Shown: piece by piece, positions 28,155 through 37,543 of the stretch | How the letters are laid out: the number at the start of each line of letters is the position of its first letter | Position numbering within the stretch: position 1 is the first letter of the stretch | From: Phycisphaerae bacterium | Lineage (GTDB): Bacteria; Planctomycetota; Phycisphaerae; UBA1845 | DNA length: 64,000 nt | Direction: 5' to 3' | NCBI GenBank assembly: GCA_963666835.2 | Contig: CAXXGO010000006.1 | Coordinates: 2,016,001-2,080,000 of the forward strand | The notes under the pieces: generated by a model | Database searches by the model: none | The model's input: the letters and a program-made list of their open reading frames with translations, nothing else | What the model was told of the DNA's origin: nothing | Made by a program: the position numbers and the translations under genes

Positions 28155-30644
28155 TCAACGGCTGGTGTTGGTTGCGTGCCGCGTGGTTGACAGGTCCGGG
28201 TGGTGTGATTCAGACGGTGTTGCACCCTCGGCCTCTGTCGTTGGCAGACTGTCCAACCGCCAGCGGGCCAGATGATACTCGTTCATCGGGTCAAGTTGGG
28301 CGGAGTCCGGATCGAGCACGACCCCTGTCTGAACGCACTTGCGAAACCAGTCCCGGGCTTCGCCGATCTCGCCCCGGAGGAGGCACGCTTCCGCCGCGTA
28401 GTAGTAGCTCTCGCAGACCTGTTCGGGGTTCGCGAGGTTGGCGGACTTTACCAGTTCCGCCGGTGGCAGTTCCCCGGCCAGACACGAGAGGATCCGGTCC
28501 AGCCAGCCGCCCCGGACCGCGCCGCGCTGCGCGTTTCTTAGCACTTCGGACGCTTCCTCCTGCAGCACGATGTCCGCCTCGGCGGCCAAGCGCTTCTGAT
28601 CCGACAGCACAAGAAAAAGGCGGGCGTCGGCGAAGGACGGATGTCCGCGGATTTCGCGTACCGTGCGGTAGTCGGCCGCAGCCTCGTCCAGCCGGCCGAG
28701 AGCCCACAGCGCCGTGGCTCGTTTGTAGGATCCCCAGATCCGCTCCGTACCATCAAACTCGACCACGGTGGAGTAGTCCGCGGCGGATTCCTCATATTCG
28801 CGCAGGCAAAGGTGGGCAAGGGCGCGCAGCCGATAGGCGGCGACCGGTCTTCGGCTGGCGGTGATTGCCTGAGTACACAGGTTCACGGCCTCGCGATACT
28901 CCCCGTGCCGCACGAGGGCCTTTGCCCTAAGCATGATCCCGGCCGCAGGCCGGGCGTTGAAGCGAAGCCATTCCTCGGAAGTCCGCAGTGCTCGATCGGG
29001 CCGCTCGGTAAGAAGGGACAGCCGGGCTAAACGAGCCCATGCCAGGGAATGTTCCGGGTCAAGGTCGACGGCGTTTTCCGTGAGCGCGGCTGCTCGGTCA
29101 AGATCGAGCGTCGCGAAGGACAGCAGGTACGAAGTCTCGGCGTTATCCGGGAGCCCGGTGCATGATTGGGGTTCTCGATCCGGTGCTGAGGCGATGCCGA
29201 TCCTGCCGCGCATTTCGTCCAGAAGGGTCCGACACGCGTGCGGCGCGACGTCGTTGGCGATCGCGGTTCGCAACGTCTTGAAGGCAGTATCCACCCAACC
29301 TTCAGCTCCGTCTGCGCGGCGTCCCAGACGGAACTGGGCTTGGCTCCAGACGAGCACTGCCTCGGCGAGGTCCGGGTAGCGGTCGTAAAGGGCGTGGGCG
29401 GGACCAAGGGCGTACTCCACGCGCCCGGCCTCGATGTCGTTCTGGATTGCGAGAACCTCGCGGCGGGCTTCCCTGTAATCGTGAGTACGCTCATTTTGCG
29501 CGACTCGATCTTGCCACCATACTCCGCCCCAAAGGCACAGGGGGATCAGGGCGGCGACGACTACAACTGCGGTGACCTGCAGGCGGTGCTTGAGGAGCTT
29601 CTTGCGAATCACGTAGAAGCTGCTGTTGGGCCGCGCGAGGATCGGTTCGCCCTGGAGGTATCTTCTGAGATCGTCTCCAAGATCCGCTGCCGTGCGGTAT
29701 CGAAGGCCCTTCTCCTTTTGAAGGGCTTTCAATACGATTGTCTCGAGTTCCGAATCCACGTTCGGGGCGAGAGTTCTCACCGGTTCCGGATCGTCCTCGC
29801 AGATACGCCGGATTACCTCCGTGTGGCTTCCGTGTATGTCATGTGGGAATGACCCGGTGACGGATTGGTACAGCATCACCCCCAGGGCATACACGTCCGT
29901 GCGGGGGTCGACCTCCTCGACCGCTCCGGTAGCTTGCTCGGGCGAGAGGTAGGCTAAGGTGCCCATGACGTGGTCCGCCCCGGCGTTGCTCAGCGTGAGC
30001 GACTCCCATCCGTCGGTCTGTTCGATAGCTTTGGAAAGACCGAAATCCAGAACATGCGGGTGCCCTTCGGTGTCAACGAGAATATTGGCAGGCTTAAGGT
30101 CGCGATGGATGACGCCCTGGCGATGAGCGTGCTCGATCGCCGCGCATAACTCCAGGAAGACGGGGAGTCTCTCCGGCAATCCGGGCGATACCCCACCCAG
30201 CCATCGATCCAGCCGCATGCCGTGGATGTAGTCCATGGCGTAATAGGGCTGGCCAGTGGCGGTCTCTCCGCTCTCCAATACGCGAACAATGGCGGGGTGC
30301 TGGAAACGAGCTGCCAACTCGACCTCCCGCTTGAAACGCTGTCGCGCCGCAGGAGACGCAAACGGTCCGGCCAGCATCACCTTCAAGGCCACCGTTCGGT
30401 TGGTGGAAAGCTGCAGTGCCTTGTAGACGACTCCCATCCCGCCGCGCCCGACCTCACCCAGTATTCTGAATCCGGGTATCGAGTCTGCGCGGGGCAGATC
30501 GTCTGTCCGGTGGGCGAGGAGTGCTTCTGCTTCGAGTTCGGCGGATCGGATAAGATCTCGTTCACTGCCGGGCATGGACCGGTGATTTTCAGGGGGCGCT
30601 CCCGTCTGGCGGGGGTGGTTGCCGGTTTGTCGGTCTTTACGCAT
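28155..30644 (-). CDS. Membrane Ser/Thr protein kinase with C-terminal TPR domain
   Basis: GRGGMGVVY, VALK, HRDLKPAN, DFGLS, YLSPEQ; TM segment (VTAVVVVAALIPLCLWGG); TPR-like repeats. Confidence 0.92.
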   Translation of the reverse strand: MRKDRQTGNHPRQTGAPPENHRSMPGSERDLIRSAELEAEALLAHRTDDLPRADSIPGFRILGEVGRGGMGVVYKALQLSTNRTVALKVMLAGPFASPAARQRFKREVELAARFQHPAIVRVLESGETATGQPYYAMDYIHGMRLDRWLGGVSPGLPERLPVFLELCAAIEHAHRQGVIHRDLKPANILVDTEGHPHVLDFGLSKAIEQTDGWESLTLSNAGADHVMGTLAYLSPEQATGAVEEVDPRTDVYALGVMLYQSVTGSFPHDIHGSHTEVIRRICEDDPEPVRTLAPNVDSELETIVLKALQKEKGLRYRTAADLGDDLRRYLQGEPILARPNSSFYVIRKKLLKHRLQVTAVVVVAALIPLCLWGGVWWQDRVAQNERTHDYREARREVLAIQNDIEAGRVEYALGPAHALYDRYPDLAEAVLVWSQAQFRLGRRADGAEGWVDTAFKTLRTAIANDVAPHACRTLLDEMRGRIGIASAPDREPQSCTGLPDNAETSYLLSFATLDLDRAAALTENAVDLDPEHSLAWARLARLSLLTERPDRALRTSEEWLRFNARPAAGIMLRAKALVRHGEYREAVNLCTQAITASRRPVAAYRLRALAHLCLREYEESAADYSTVVEFDGTERIWGSYKRATALWALGRLDEAAADYRTVREIRGHPSFADARLFLVLSDQKRLAAEADIVLQEEASEVLRNAQRGAVRGGWLDRILSCLAGELPPAELVKSANLANPEQVCESYYYAAEACLLRGEIGEARDWFRKCVQTGVVLDPDSAQLDPMNEYHLARWRLDSLPTTEAEGATPSESHHPDLSTTRHATNTSR

Positions 30645-30652
30645 GTGAGCAG

Positions 30653-31270
30653 CTATGCGCTCAAGTAGCGCGAACGATGACCCAGGATCTCACGGAGCCG
30701 GCGATGGGCTCGAGCTCGGACCATGTAAACGGCTCCCGGGCTGCGGTGCAGCGTCTCGCTGACTTCCTCTACCGGACGGTTGTCGAGATCATACATCTGC
30801 ACAACGCGCCGGTAGGAATCCGGAAGTTCTTGAAGGGCCTCCTTCAGGACGCCGCATGCTTCGACTCGGGCAGCGCGACGACTCGGAGTGCTCCTGGTTA
30901 CGCCGATCATCTCGCATAGCAACAAAGAGGAATCCTCGGCCGTATGAAGGTCGACCCTGCGGAAGCGCTTACCGCGTCTTTCAGTCTGGAGCATCTTCAG
31001 AGCGTCCAGAAGATTGCATTTCGCCAACGACATTAGCCACCCGATGAAGGAACTCTCACCGTTGGGCACGAACCGAGCGATGTCTACGAATGCATCTGTA
31101 TAGGTTTGTTGCATTACGTCGTCGAGGGATAGCACGGCCTGCCAGCGGCGCGGGATTCTACCGTGAAGTCGTTGGCGAACGAGCGGGCCGTGGTGCTCGA
31201 GCAACTGCTCCAGGGCACGGCGATCTCCCTCGGCGGCGCGCCGCTGAAGAGAACTGCCGCATTCCTGCAT
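30653..31270 (-). CDS. ECF sigma-70 factor (kinase-associated planctomycete type)
   Basis: LSLDDVMQQ, FIGWLMSLAKCN, LPDSYRRVV, AVYMVRARA. ATG 31270 after GGAGGG; ORF opens at 31297. Confidence 0.9.
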   Translation of the reverse strand: MQECGSSLQRRAAEGDRRALEQLLEHHGPLVRQRLHGRIPRRWQAVLSLDDVMQQTYTDAFVDIARFVPNGESSFIGWLMSLAKCNLLDALKMLQTERRGKRFRRVDLHTAEDSSLLLCEMIGVTRSTPSRRAARVEACGVLKEALQELPDSYRRVVQMYDLDNRPVEEVSETLHRSPGAVYMVRARAHRRLREILGHRSRYLSA

Positions 31271-31498
31271 CCGTTGACCCTCCACAAGCAGACCCATGTT
31301 ACTGGAATTGTAGCGTTAACACTGTTTGGGCGGCAAGAGGAATCGCCGAGTTGTCGAGAAAACCCGCGGATAATCACGGATTTCGCGTGAGAGCGACTCG
31401 TTTTTGTCGGTTTAACAAGAGGGTGTTCGTTAGTCTGCCTTGATTCGGGCATTCGCATGAGGGGCGGCGGTGCCCGGGCCGGGGGTGGGAGATGCGAG

Positions 31499-31753
31499 AT
31501 GGTACCAAGAGAAGCTGAATCCGGCAGATTGTGCTGTGATAAGCTGTTCTTCGCGGAGATTGTCGACGGAATTGTCGTTATGGAGTGCTGCTCGTGCGGA
31601 AGGCTATGGCGCGCGCGCGAGGCGGGAGCGTTGGTTCCTTACGCCGTGGGCGAGCCCACCCCGGTCCGCGAGGCGAATGCTCCAATACCGCGTACTCAGC
31701 CCGTTTCGCGAGTGTGCCGGTCCGCTCAAGCCCTCTCCGCAGGGCAAAGTTGA
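31499..31753 (+). CDS. Small hypothetical Cys-rich protein
   Basis: ATG after GGGAG; LCC...ECCSCGRLW is zinc-ribbon-like. Confidence 0.35.
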   Translation: MVPREAESGRLCCDKLFFAEIVDGIVVMECCSCGRLWRAREAGALVPYAVGEPTPVREANAPIPRTQPVSRVCRSAQALSAGQS

Positions 31754-31783
31754 CGTGGGGGACGTTGCAGCGCGCGAGCACCG

Positions 31784-32470
31784 TCACGCCGAGTTATCCT
31801 GGTCGACCGTGCTGACTAGAAGTTGGGCAAGGTGCAGCGATGCCGCCGTAAGGTCGGAACGCATAGCCGAGGGGATAATCTGGATATAGGCGCTACCCGC
31901 GCGAAAGAACACGGCTCCGCCCACCTCATAGCCCTCCGATCCGACGGCCACCGCTGTGAGGTTGGGCGGTGCCTCGGCTCGATAGGCGAGGGCAGCCTGA
32001 TCCGCTTCGTCCATGTCAAACCAGTAGACGTCTAACGCTGAATCCGGGTCAGTTGTGTGCGAGTACCGCCCGAAGGTCAGCCCCACCACGTTCAGTTTCA
32101 AGAAGAAGTCCGCACGCCCGTTGATCTTCAGATGCAGCGTGTCCGGACCGAAGTTGGACACCGTTGGCAACGGCTCCCAGCCGGCCAAGTCCAGAGCCGG
32201 GAGTCGGACGTCGGTGCGCGCAACGCCGGGTTTGGTTGCCGGTGCTCCGGGGTTGTACATCGGCTCGTTCGCGGCGTTTCGGACCTCCCCAACGTAGCCG
32301 TAGGCGACCTCGGACACGTCGAGAAGGGGTTGTTTTCCCGTTAGGGTGGTGATGGCGAACAGTCCGATGATCGCCATCAGCAAGCTGAGTATCGCTGCTC
32401 CGACGATCTTCTCGGTTCTGCTGATTGTCTTCGCACTACGGGCATATCGCCGGCCGAGGAATCTGGCCAT
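31784..32470 (-). CDS. Membrane-anchored DUF6599-like protein
   Basis: N-terminal TM; FGPDTLHLKINGRADFF...VYWFDM...A..AY...FFRAGSAYIQI. Confidence 0.55.
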   Translation of the reverse strand: MARFLGRRYARSAKTISRTEKIVGAAILSLLMAIIGLFAITTLTGKQPLLDVSEVAYGYVGEVRNAANEPMYNPGAPATKPGVARTDVRLPALDLAGWEPLPTVSNFGPDTLHLKINGRADFFLKLNVVGLTFGRYSHTTDPDSALDVYWFDMDEADQAALAYRAEAPPNLTAVAVGSEGYEVGGAVFFRAGSAYIQIIPSAMRSDLTAASLHLAQLLVSTVDQDNSA

Positions 32471-32655
32471 CCGAAGTCTCCACGGTTGATCTTACCAGTA
32501 TATCGATCGCACCGGGCGAAAACACGCGGGCCCGTTATGAAAACAGCCCCGGTTTCAAATAGGCACGTCTCTTATAACCATGTAGACTTTACTGGAGAAG
32601 AACACCTCTCCGCCGCGGAGATGCGGATGTCTGGGAACGAATCGGAGGTATTGCC

Positions 32656-33354
32656 GTGTTTGAGTGCGTTCTGATGAGCTTGGCCGTGGCCGTTCCGGAT
32701 CTGACGATCCTGTATTGGGTCTGCGCGATCGTCGGCGGCAGTCTTTTGGCAATGTCGATGCTGGGGGCCGCCGATGGCCATGCGGATGTCGAGTTCGATG
32801 CGGATGTTTCGTTTGACGCGGATGCCGATCTCGCGGTGGATGGCTCCGTCGAGGCCGGAGATGTCGGCGATGGGGACACCTTGTCCGAAGTCGAGGGCGC
32901 CAGTCTGCTGGCGACTTGGCTGTCGATCCGATTCCTCGTGTACTTCGTGGCCGTGTTCGGGTTGGTGGGGTTGGTGTTCACCTATCTCAGTGACCTGGGA
33001 CGGGCGGTCACGTTTGGCGCGGCGGCGGGCGGTGGGCTGGTGATCGGCCAAGCGGTTCATCAGCTCTTTCGCAAGTTGAAGCAGGCTTCCGGCAATAGTG
33101 CGACCACGGTGGCGGATTATGTCGACAAAGCCGGACGCGTGTCGGTTGCCATTGTCCATCCCAACAAAGGAGAGGTTTCGATTCGGATCCGGTCCGGGAC
33201 GCGGTACATCCCGGCCGTAGCGAAGAACCCGGACACGAGTTTCCCCATCGGTGCGGAGGTTGTGGTAGTGGGGTATCTCGGCGGGGTCGCCGAGGTTGTG
33301 TCTCGGGAGGAGTTTGAGTTTATCAACGACAAGAGAATAGGAGGCGAGCTGTGA
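32656..33354 (+). CDS. NfeD-like (YqiJ/YuaF-type) membrane protein
   Basis: TM segments with an acidic DADxD loop, C-terminal OB-like domain (GRVSVAI..GEVSI). GGAGG RBS; overlaps the flotillin start. Confidence 0.8.
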   Translation: MFECVLMSLAVAVPDLTILYWVCAIVGGSLLAMSMLGAADGHADVEFDADVSFDADADLAVDGSVEAGDVGDGDTLSEVEGASLLATWLSIRFLVYFVAVFGLVGLVFTYLSDLGRAVTFGAAAGGGLVIGQAVHQLFRKLKQASGNSATTVADYVDKAGRVSVAIVHPNKGEVSIRIRSGTRYIPAVAKNPDTSFPIGAEVVVVGYLGGVAEVVSREEFEFINDKRIGGEL

Positions 33355-34694
33355 GTAGTGTTTTGTTAGCCCAAGGTGAAGCGGGTGTGGTCATAGGAAT
33401 AATCCTGGCGATGGTGGTGATTTCCGTCATCATCGCGATGTTGAAGCTGGTGGTGGTCGGCAATCCGAGTGAGATGCTGATTATCAGCGGGAAGCGCCAA
33501 AGAGACGGGCAAGGCTATCGAACTCTGATCGGCGGACGAACTCTGGTGATTCCTATTCTGGAGAAAGTGTCTCGAATCAGCCTGCGGAACATGCAGGTGT
33601 CGCTGGAGGTCGGAGCGCAATCCGGCGGCGGGACCATGATGCCGATCATCGTGACCGGAGTGGCCAACGTCAAAGTGTCGTCCGATCCCACGGAACGCGC
33701 CAACGCCATCGAACGATTCCTCGGACAGCCGGCTCAGGAACTGCAGCGCGTTGCCCGTGAGACCTTGGAGGGCGGGCTCCGGGCCGTGGTTGGCAAGATG
33801 ACCCCAGAGGAGATTGTCGAGGACCGCGACAAGTTCGTAGCCACAGTCATGCACGAGGTGACCGATGATTTCCGCAAGCTCGGTCTGCTGATCGACAGCG
33901 TCAACATCCAGAACGTCAAGGACGATCAACAGTACCTCGAGTCGATCGCCCGAAAAGCCCGGGCGGAAGTCATCGCCGCGGCGCGGAAGGCAGAGGCGGC
34001 AAGGGCGTCCGAGGCGGCGATCCGAGAGGCGGAAGCCAGTGCGGCCGCCCGGACTGCGAAGGCCGAACGGGATGCCGAGGCGAAAACCAGCGAGGCCATG
34101 GCTCGCCAGAAGGCCGAAGAGGCCCGCTATGTGGCGGACAAGGCTATCGCGGAGGCGGAGAATGCCTTGCGAATCCGGAAAGCGGAGCTGGCCCGTGAAG
34201 CCGCGCTGAAGGAAGCGGAGCAGCAGGAGGCGGCCGCCGCTGCCGAACGCGAGAGGCTCAATGCCACTGAAGTTGCCGCCGCCGGAGCGGCCCGCGACGT
34301 GGCCCGGGCGAGGGCCGAAGGAGATGCCGCGTCGGTGTTCGAAGAGGGCAAAGCCCGGGCTTCGGCGATCGAGGCGATCGGCAAGGCCATCCGCGAGAAC
34401 CCGGACGCGCTGAAGGTCATGCTGGTCGAAATGATGCCGGGAATCACGGCCGAGTTCGCCAAGACGGTCGACAACGTGAATCTCGGAGATGTTACGGTGT
34501 TCGATGGCGGCAACGGCCGGGCCATCGCGGGGGCGGCGATGGGACGGGCTCAGGTCCTGTCCGAGTCGCTCGGGATGTTGGGCAGCGTAATGGGCGTGGA
34601 TTTACGCGAGCTGAGTCGCAACATCGCCGGTGCGATAGCGGCGAAAGCCGGCCCCGCCGAACCCGATGACACAACGCTGTCAACTACATCGTAA
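33351..34694 (+). CDS. Flotillin/SPFH domain protein
   Basis: LIISG, GVANVK, AIERFL, LEGGLRAVVGKMTPEEI, AEA/AE-rich coiled coil. Confidence 0.9.
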   Translation: MSSVLLAQGEAGVVIGIILAMVVISVIIAMLKLVVVGNPSEMLIISGKRQRDGQGYRTLIGGRTLVIPILEKVSRISLRNMQVSLEVGAQSGGGTMMPIIVTGVANVKVSSDPTERANAIERFLGQPAQELQRVARETLEGGLRAVVGKMTPEEIVEDRDKFVATVMHEVTDDFRKLGLLIDSVNIQNVKDDQQYLESIARKARAEVIAAARKAEAARASEAAIREAEASAAARTAKAERDAEAKTSEAMARQKAEEARYVADKAIAEAENALRIRKAELAREAALKEAEQQEAAAAAERERLNATEVAAAGAARDVARARAEGDAASVFEEGKARASAIEAIGKAIRENPDALKVMLVEMMPGITAEFAKTVDNVNLGDVTVFDGGNGRAIAGAAMGRAQVLSESLGMLGSVMGVDLRELSRNIAGAIAAKAGPAEPDDTTLSTTS

Positions 34695-34702
34695 ACGGCC
34701 AT

Positions 34703-34740
34703 TGAGGGGATAGTGGCATAACCCTGTCACTATCCCCTCA
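34703..34740. terminator. Strong hairpin downstream of flotillin (probable terminator)
   Basis: TGAGGGGATAGTGGCA / TGTCACTATCCCCTCA form a 16-bp stem 9 nt after the stop codon; no clear U-tract. Confidence 0.55.
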
Positions 34741-34803
34741 CCCCGGCTGGGTGCCCCCCCCAGGGCCAGCGCACATTAAATCCCTTGTGCCATAAGGACT
34801 TCC

Positions 34804-35351
34804 ATTAGGAGTTATTAGGGAGTTATTAGGGACAGTCACCTATTTTCGTTATGGAGTTATCGTTATTACGTTATTAGGGACAGTCACCTATTTCCTGAAG
34901 GGGCGTATCAAGCGAAAACCAACGGCAGGTCTCGTGCCTCGACCGTGCCCTACGCGCGCCGACGCAGTTATTAGGGACAGTCACCTATTTCCTGAAGGGG
35001 CGTATCGCGCGAAAACCAACGGCAGGTCTCGTGCCTCGACCGTGCCCTACGCGCGCCGACGCTGCCTGACCCGTGCCGCCGGCGTTGTCCGGCATTGTGC
35101 AGGCAGGTTGCCTACGCTACATGAGGGGTGCCTGCACTACGAAGGGCCGGCGGATCGTTATTAGGATGTTATTAGGGACAGTCACCGATTTCCTGAAGGG
35201 TCGTATCGCGCGAAAACCAACGGCAGGTCTCGTGCCTCGACCGTGCCCTACGCGCGCCGACGCTGCCTAACCCGTGCCGCCGGCGTTGTCCGGCATTGTG
35301 CAGGCAGGTTGCCTACGCTACATGAGGGGTGCCTGCACTACGAAGGGCCGG
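34804..35351. repeat. Composite direct-repeat array containing REP elements
   Basis: A ~95-bp unit (TTATTAGGGACAGTCACC...family-A REP...GACGC) occurs at 34871, 34968 and 35169. 34968-35150 is duplicated at 35169-35351. TTATTAGG stutters are present. Confidence 0.9.
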
Positions 35352-35422
35352 GGGACGGGCATCGCAATCGTACGAAGACCGCCGGCCGACAGCGGTGAAA
35401 CCGGCGAGCGTCCCGTGCGCAC

Positions 35423-35464
35423 AAAAAAAGGCCCGCCTCGACCGAAAAATCGGTGAGACGGGCC
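35423..35464 (-). terminator. Rho-independent terminator on the minus strand
   Basis: Minus strand reads GGCCCGTCTCACCGA-tttt-TCGGTCGAGGCGGGCC followed by T7. Confidence 0.8.
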
Positions 35465-35503
35465 CGAACTCTGTTCGCTGCCGCAGGCAGCATCGTCTGC
35501 CAC

Positions 35504-35533
35504 CTACGGCAGCCAACCTATGCTATAGCCCAT
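35504..35533 (-). CDS. Candidate 9-aa micro-ORF MGYSIGWLP
   Basis: GGAGGTGATCC immediately precedes ATG; TAG at 35506-35504; followed by a hairpin and a terminator. Confidence 0.4.
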   Translation of the reverse strand: MGYSIGWLP

Positions 35534-35995
35534 GGATCACCTCCACTTCAAAAACGGGACCGTTCGACCAACGGGGAGGCTAGTCCCCGAACCATCGATC
35601 TAGCCCATCCTGCGAATCGTCATTCGCAGGCCCGAGCAACGTCCGGTTCTGCCGGACGCCCAGCCGTGATTCGAACCCGTATCGGCATGCCCAATTTCAC
35701 GCCGGGAACGGATCCCACCCTCACAGCCACCTTACTGTATCGGGTTGCTCACTGCGAAGTCAAGAAAGAAATGGTCCGCTAGAATGTCAGAAACGATGTG
35801 CTGGTCCGGGTACTGCGGGCTTTCCCGATTGGGCGGAACAGTTACGCCGACCCTGCCGTCTGGGTGCTCAGAAGCAGACGCTGAGGCCGAAACGAACAAC
35901 TCGCGGTACCGATAATTGACGCCGCCGACGTCCAATCTAGAATCGCGGGCGATGTCAGGGGATCCCTCATTAGCGCTCACCGTCCGCATAACCGC

Positions 35996-37543
35996 ATGAA
36001 CTACCTTACTTTCTCGGGAAACAACATCGTTAACGCGCGTCTTCCGGACAGCGCCGAGGTCTTCTACGCCCGTCCCCCCATCCCGGGGATCAAGAAGCGC
36101 GACATCCCCCAGGCCGTGGTGAAAGCGTTCGAGAACCCGCTGGGTATGCCGCCCTTGAAGGATCTGGTCGGCGCCAACTCGCGGATTCTGATCGCCTTTG
36201 ATGATAACTGCCAGCCCTTCCCCGAGACGTCACTGCCGGACATCCGTCAGCAGGCTCTCGAGGCGCTGATTCCGCTGCTGTACTCATACGGAGTCCAGAA
36301 GGAGAACCTCCGGCTGGTGTGTGCGGTCGCTCTGCACCGCAAAATGAAGAAGCACGAACTCGCCCGGATGGTCGGCCCGCGGATCATGGGCGAGTTCTAT
36401 CCCCAGCAGCTTGATAACTCCGATGCCGAGGACCCGGATGACGTCGTCGACCTTGGTGAAACGGAGCTGGGCGAGCCGGTCCGCGTTACCCGCGGAGTGG
36501 TCGAGAGCGATCTGGTTATCTACGTCGATTCGGTCCAGATTCCGCTCAACGGCGGGCACAAGTCCGTAGCCGTTGGTCTGGGAGCGTACGACTCCATCGC
36601 CAACCACCACCATCCGGAGATGACTGCCGAGAGCCCGCACGTCATGCAGCCGGAGGGGTCCCGCATGCATGACTGCATTGAACGCCTCAGTCATGTCATT
36701 CAAAAGCACGCGAGGATCATGGTCATGGAGGCGGCCATGAACAACGCGACGTACCCGTTCCACGTGCGCTACTTGGGGAAACCGCCCGCCCGGTGCAACT
36801 TCGCCGAGAAGATCGTGCGCGCCGCGACCCCCACGGCGCTGGCTTTGCTCCCTGAATCTGCCAGAAGGATGGCACTTAGAGGAGTTCGGGCGGACTACGA
36901 CGCGATCGAGATCAACGCCGGTGCCATCGACCCGGTCCACGTACGGACTCTGCAGGCGATGAAGGACCAGATGACGATCCCGGCGCCGAAGCAGTACGAT
37001 ACCGTGGTCTTCGGGCTGCCGGATTTGAGCCCCTACGCCGTGGATGCGCGGATCAACCCGGTACTGGTGGTCAGCGATGTGTTGGGTTACGTGTTCAACT
37101 GGTTCTACAACAAGCCGGTGGTCAAGAAGGGCGGGACCGTCATCATCCTCAACCCGTGCTTCGAGGTGTTCCACGACGAATACCACGTAGCCTACCGGAA
37201 GTTCTATGAAGAAGTGCTCCCGGTTACGACCGACCCGTTCGAAATGAAGGAGATGTTCCAGGAGAAGTACGCCCGCGACCCGTACCTGATAGACTGTTAT
37301 CGCCATCGCTTCGCCCACCACGGTTTCCACCCCTTCACCGTGTGGTACTGGGCGACGTATGCCCTTAAGTATTTGTCAAAGGTGATTCTGGTCGGCCCCG
37401 CAGACGACACCGGGGCCAAGCGTCTGGGTGTTTCGTGGTCCCCGAACATGGATCACGCCCTCGGGCAAGCCCGCGAGGCGTCCGGCGGAAACGAAGTGGC
37501 CGGCCTGACCATCCCGCCGTTCTTTTACTTTGAAGTGGCGTAA
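35996..37543 (+). CDS. Lactate racemase (LarA/DUF2088) domain protein
   Basis: AFENPLGMPPL, IAFDD, ALHRKM, GGHKS, VVKKGGTVII. Confidence 0.8.
   Translation: MNYLTFSGNNIVNARLPDSAEVFYARPPIPGIKKRDIPQAVVKAFENPLGMPPLKDLVGANSRILIAFDDNCQPFPETSLPDIRQQALEALIPLLYSYGVQKENLRLVCAVALHRKMKKHELARMVGPRIMGEFYPQQLDNSDAEDPDDVVDLGETELGEPVRVTRGVVESDLVIYVDSVQIPLNGGHKSVAVGLGAYDSIANHHHPEMTAESPHVMQPEGSRMHDCIERLSHVIQKHARIMVMEAAMNNATYPFHVRYLGKPPARCNFAEKIVRAATPTALALLPESARRMALRGVRADYDAIEINAGAIDPVHVRTLQAMKDQMTIPAPKQYDTVVFGLPDLSPYAVDARINPVLVVSDVLGYVFNWFYNKPVVKKGGTVIILNPCFEVFHDEYHVAYRKFYEEVLPVTTDPFEMKEMFQEKYARDPYLIDCYRHRFAHHGFHPFTVWYWATYALKYLSKVILVGPADDTGAKRLGVSWSPNMDHALGQAREASGGNEVAGLTIPPFFYFEVA

Noticed and set aside
34779..34801. 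Imperfect palindrome AATCCCTTGTGCCATAAGGACTT as a dif or parS site
   Set aside because: Single copy, and it matches neither consensus well enough.
34812..35177. Telomere-like TTAGGG repeats
   Set aside because: The hexamers are not tandem and are just part of the TTATTAGGGACAGTCACC unit.
34804..35351. CRISPR array
   Set aside because: The sequences between repeats are themselves duplicated rather than unique spacers, and there are no cas genes.
35534..35544. 16S rRNA 3' end fragment (GGATCACCTCC)
   Set aside because: No flanking rRNA sequence; better explained as a Shine-Dalgarno on the minus strand.
35732..35989. 85-aa minus-strand ORF
   Set aside because: No motif recognised, and it abuts the divergent LarA-like start, leaving little room for promoters. 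Unsupported.
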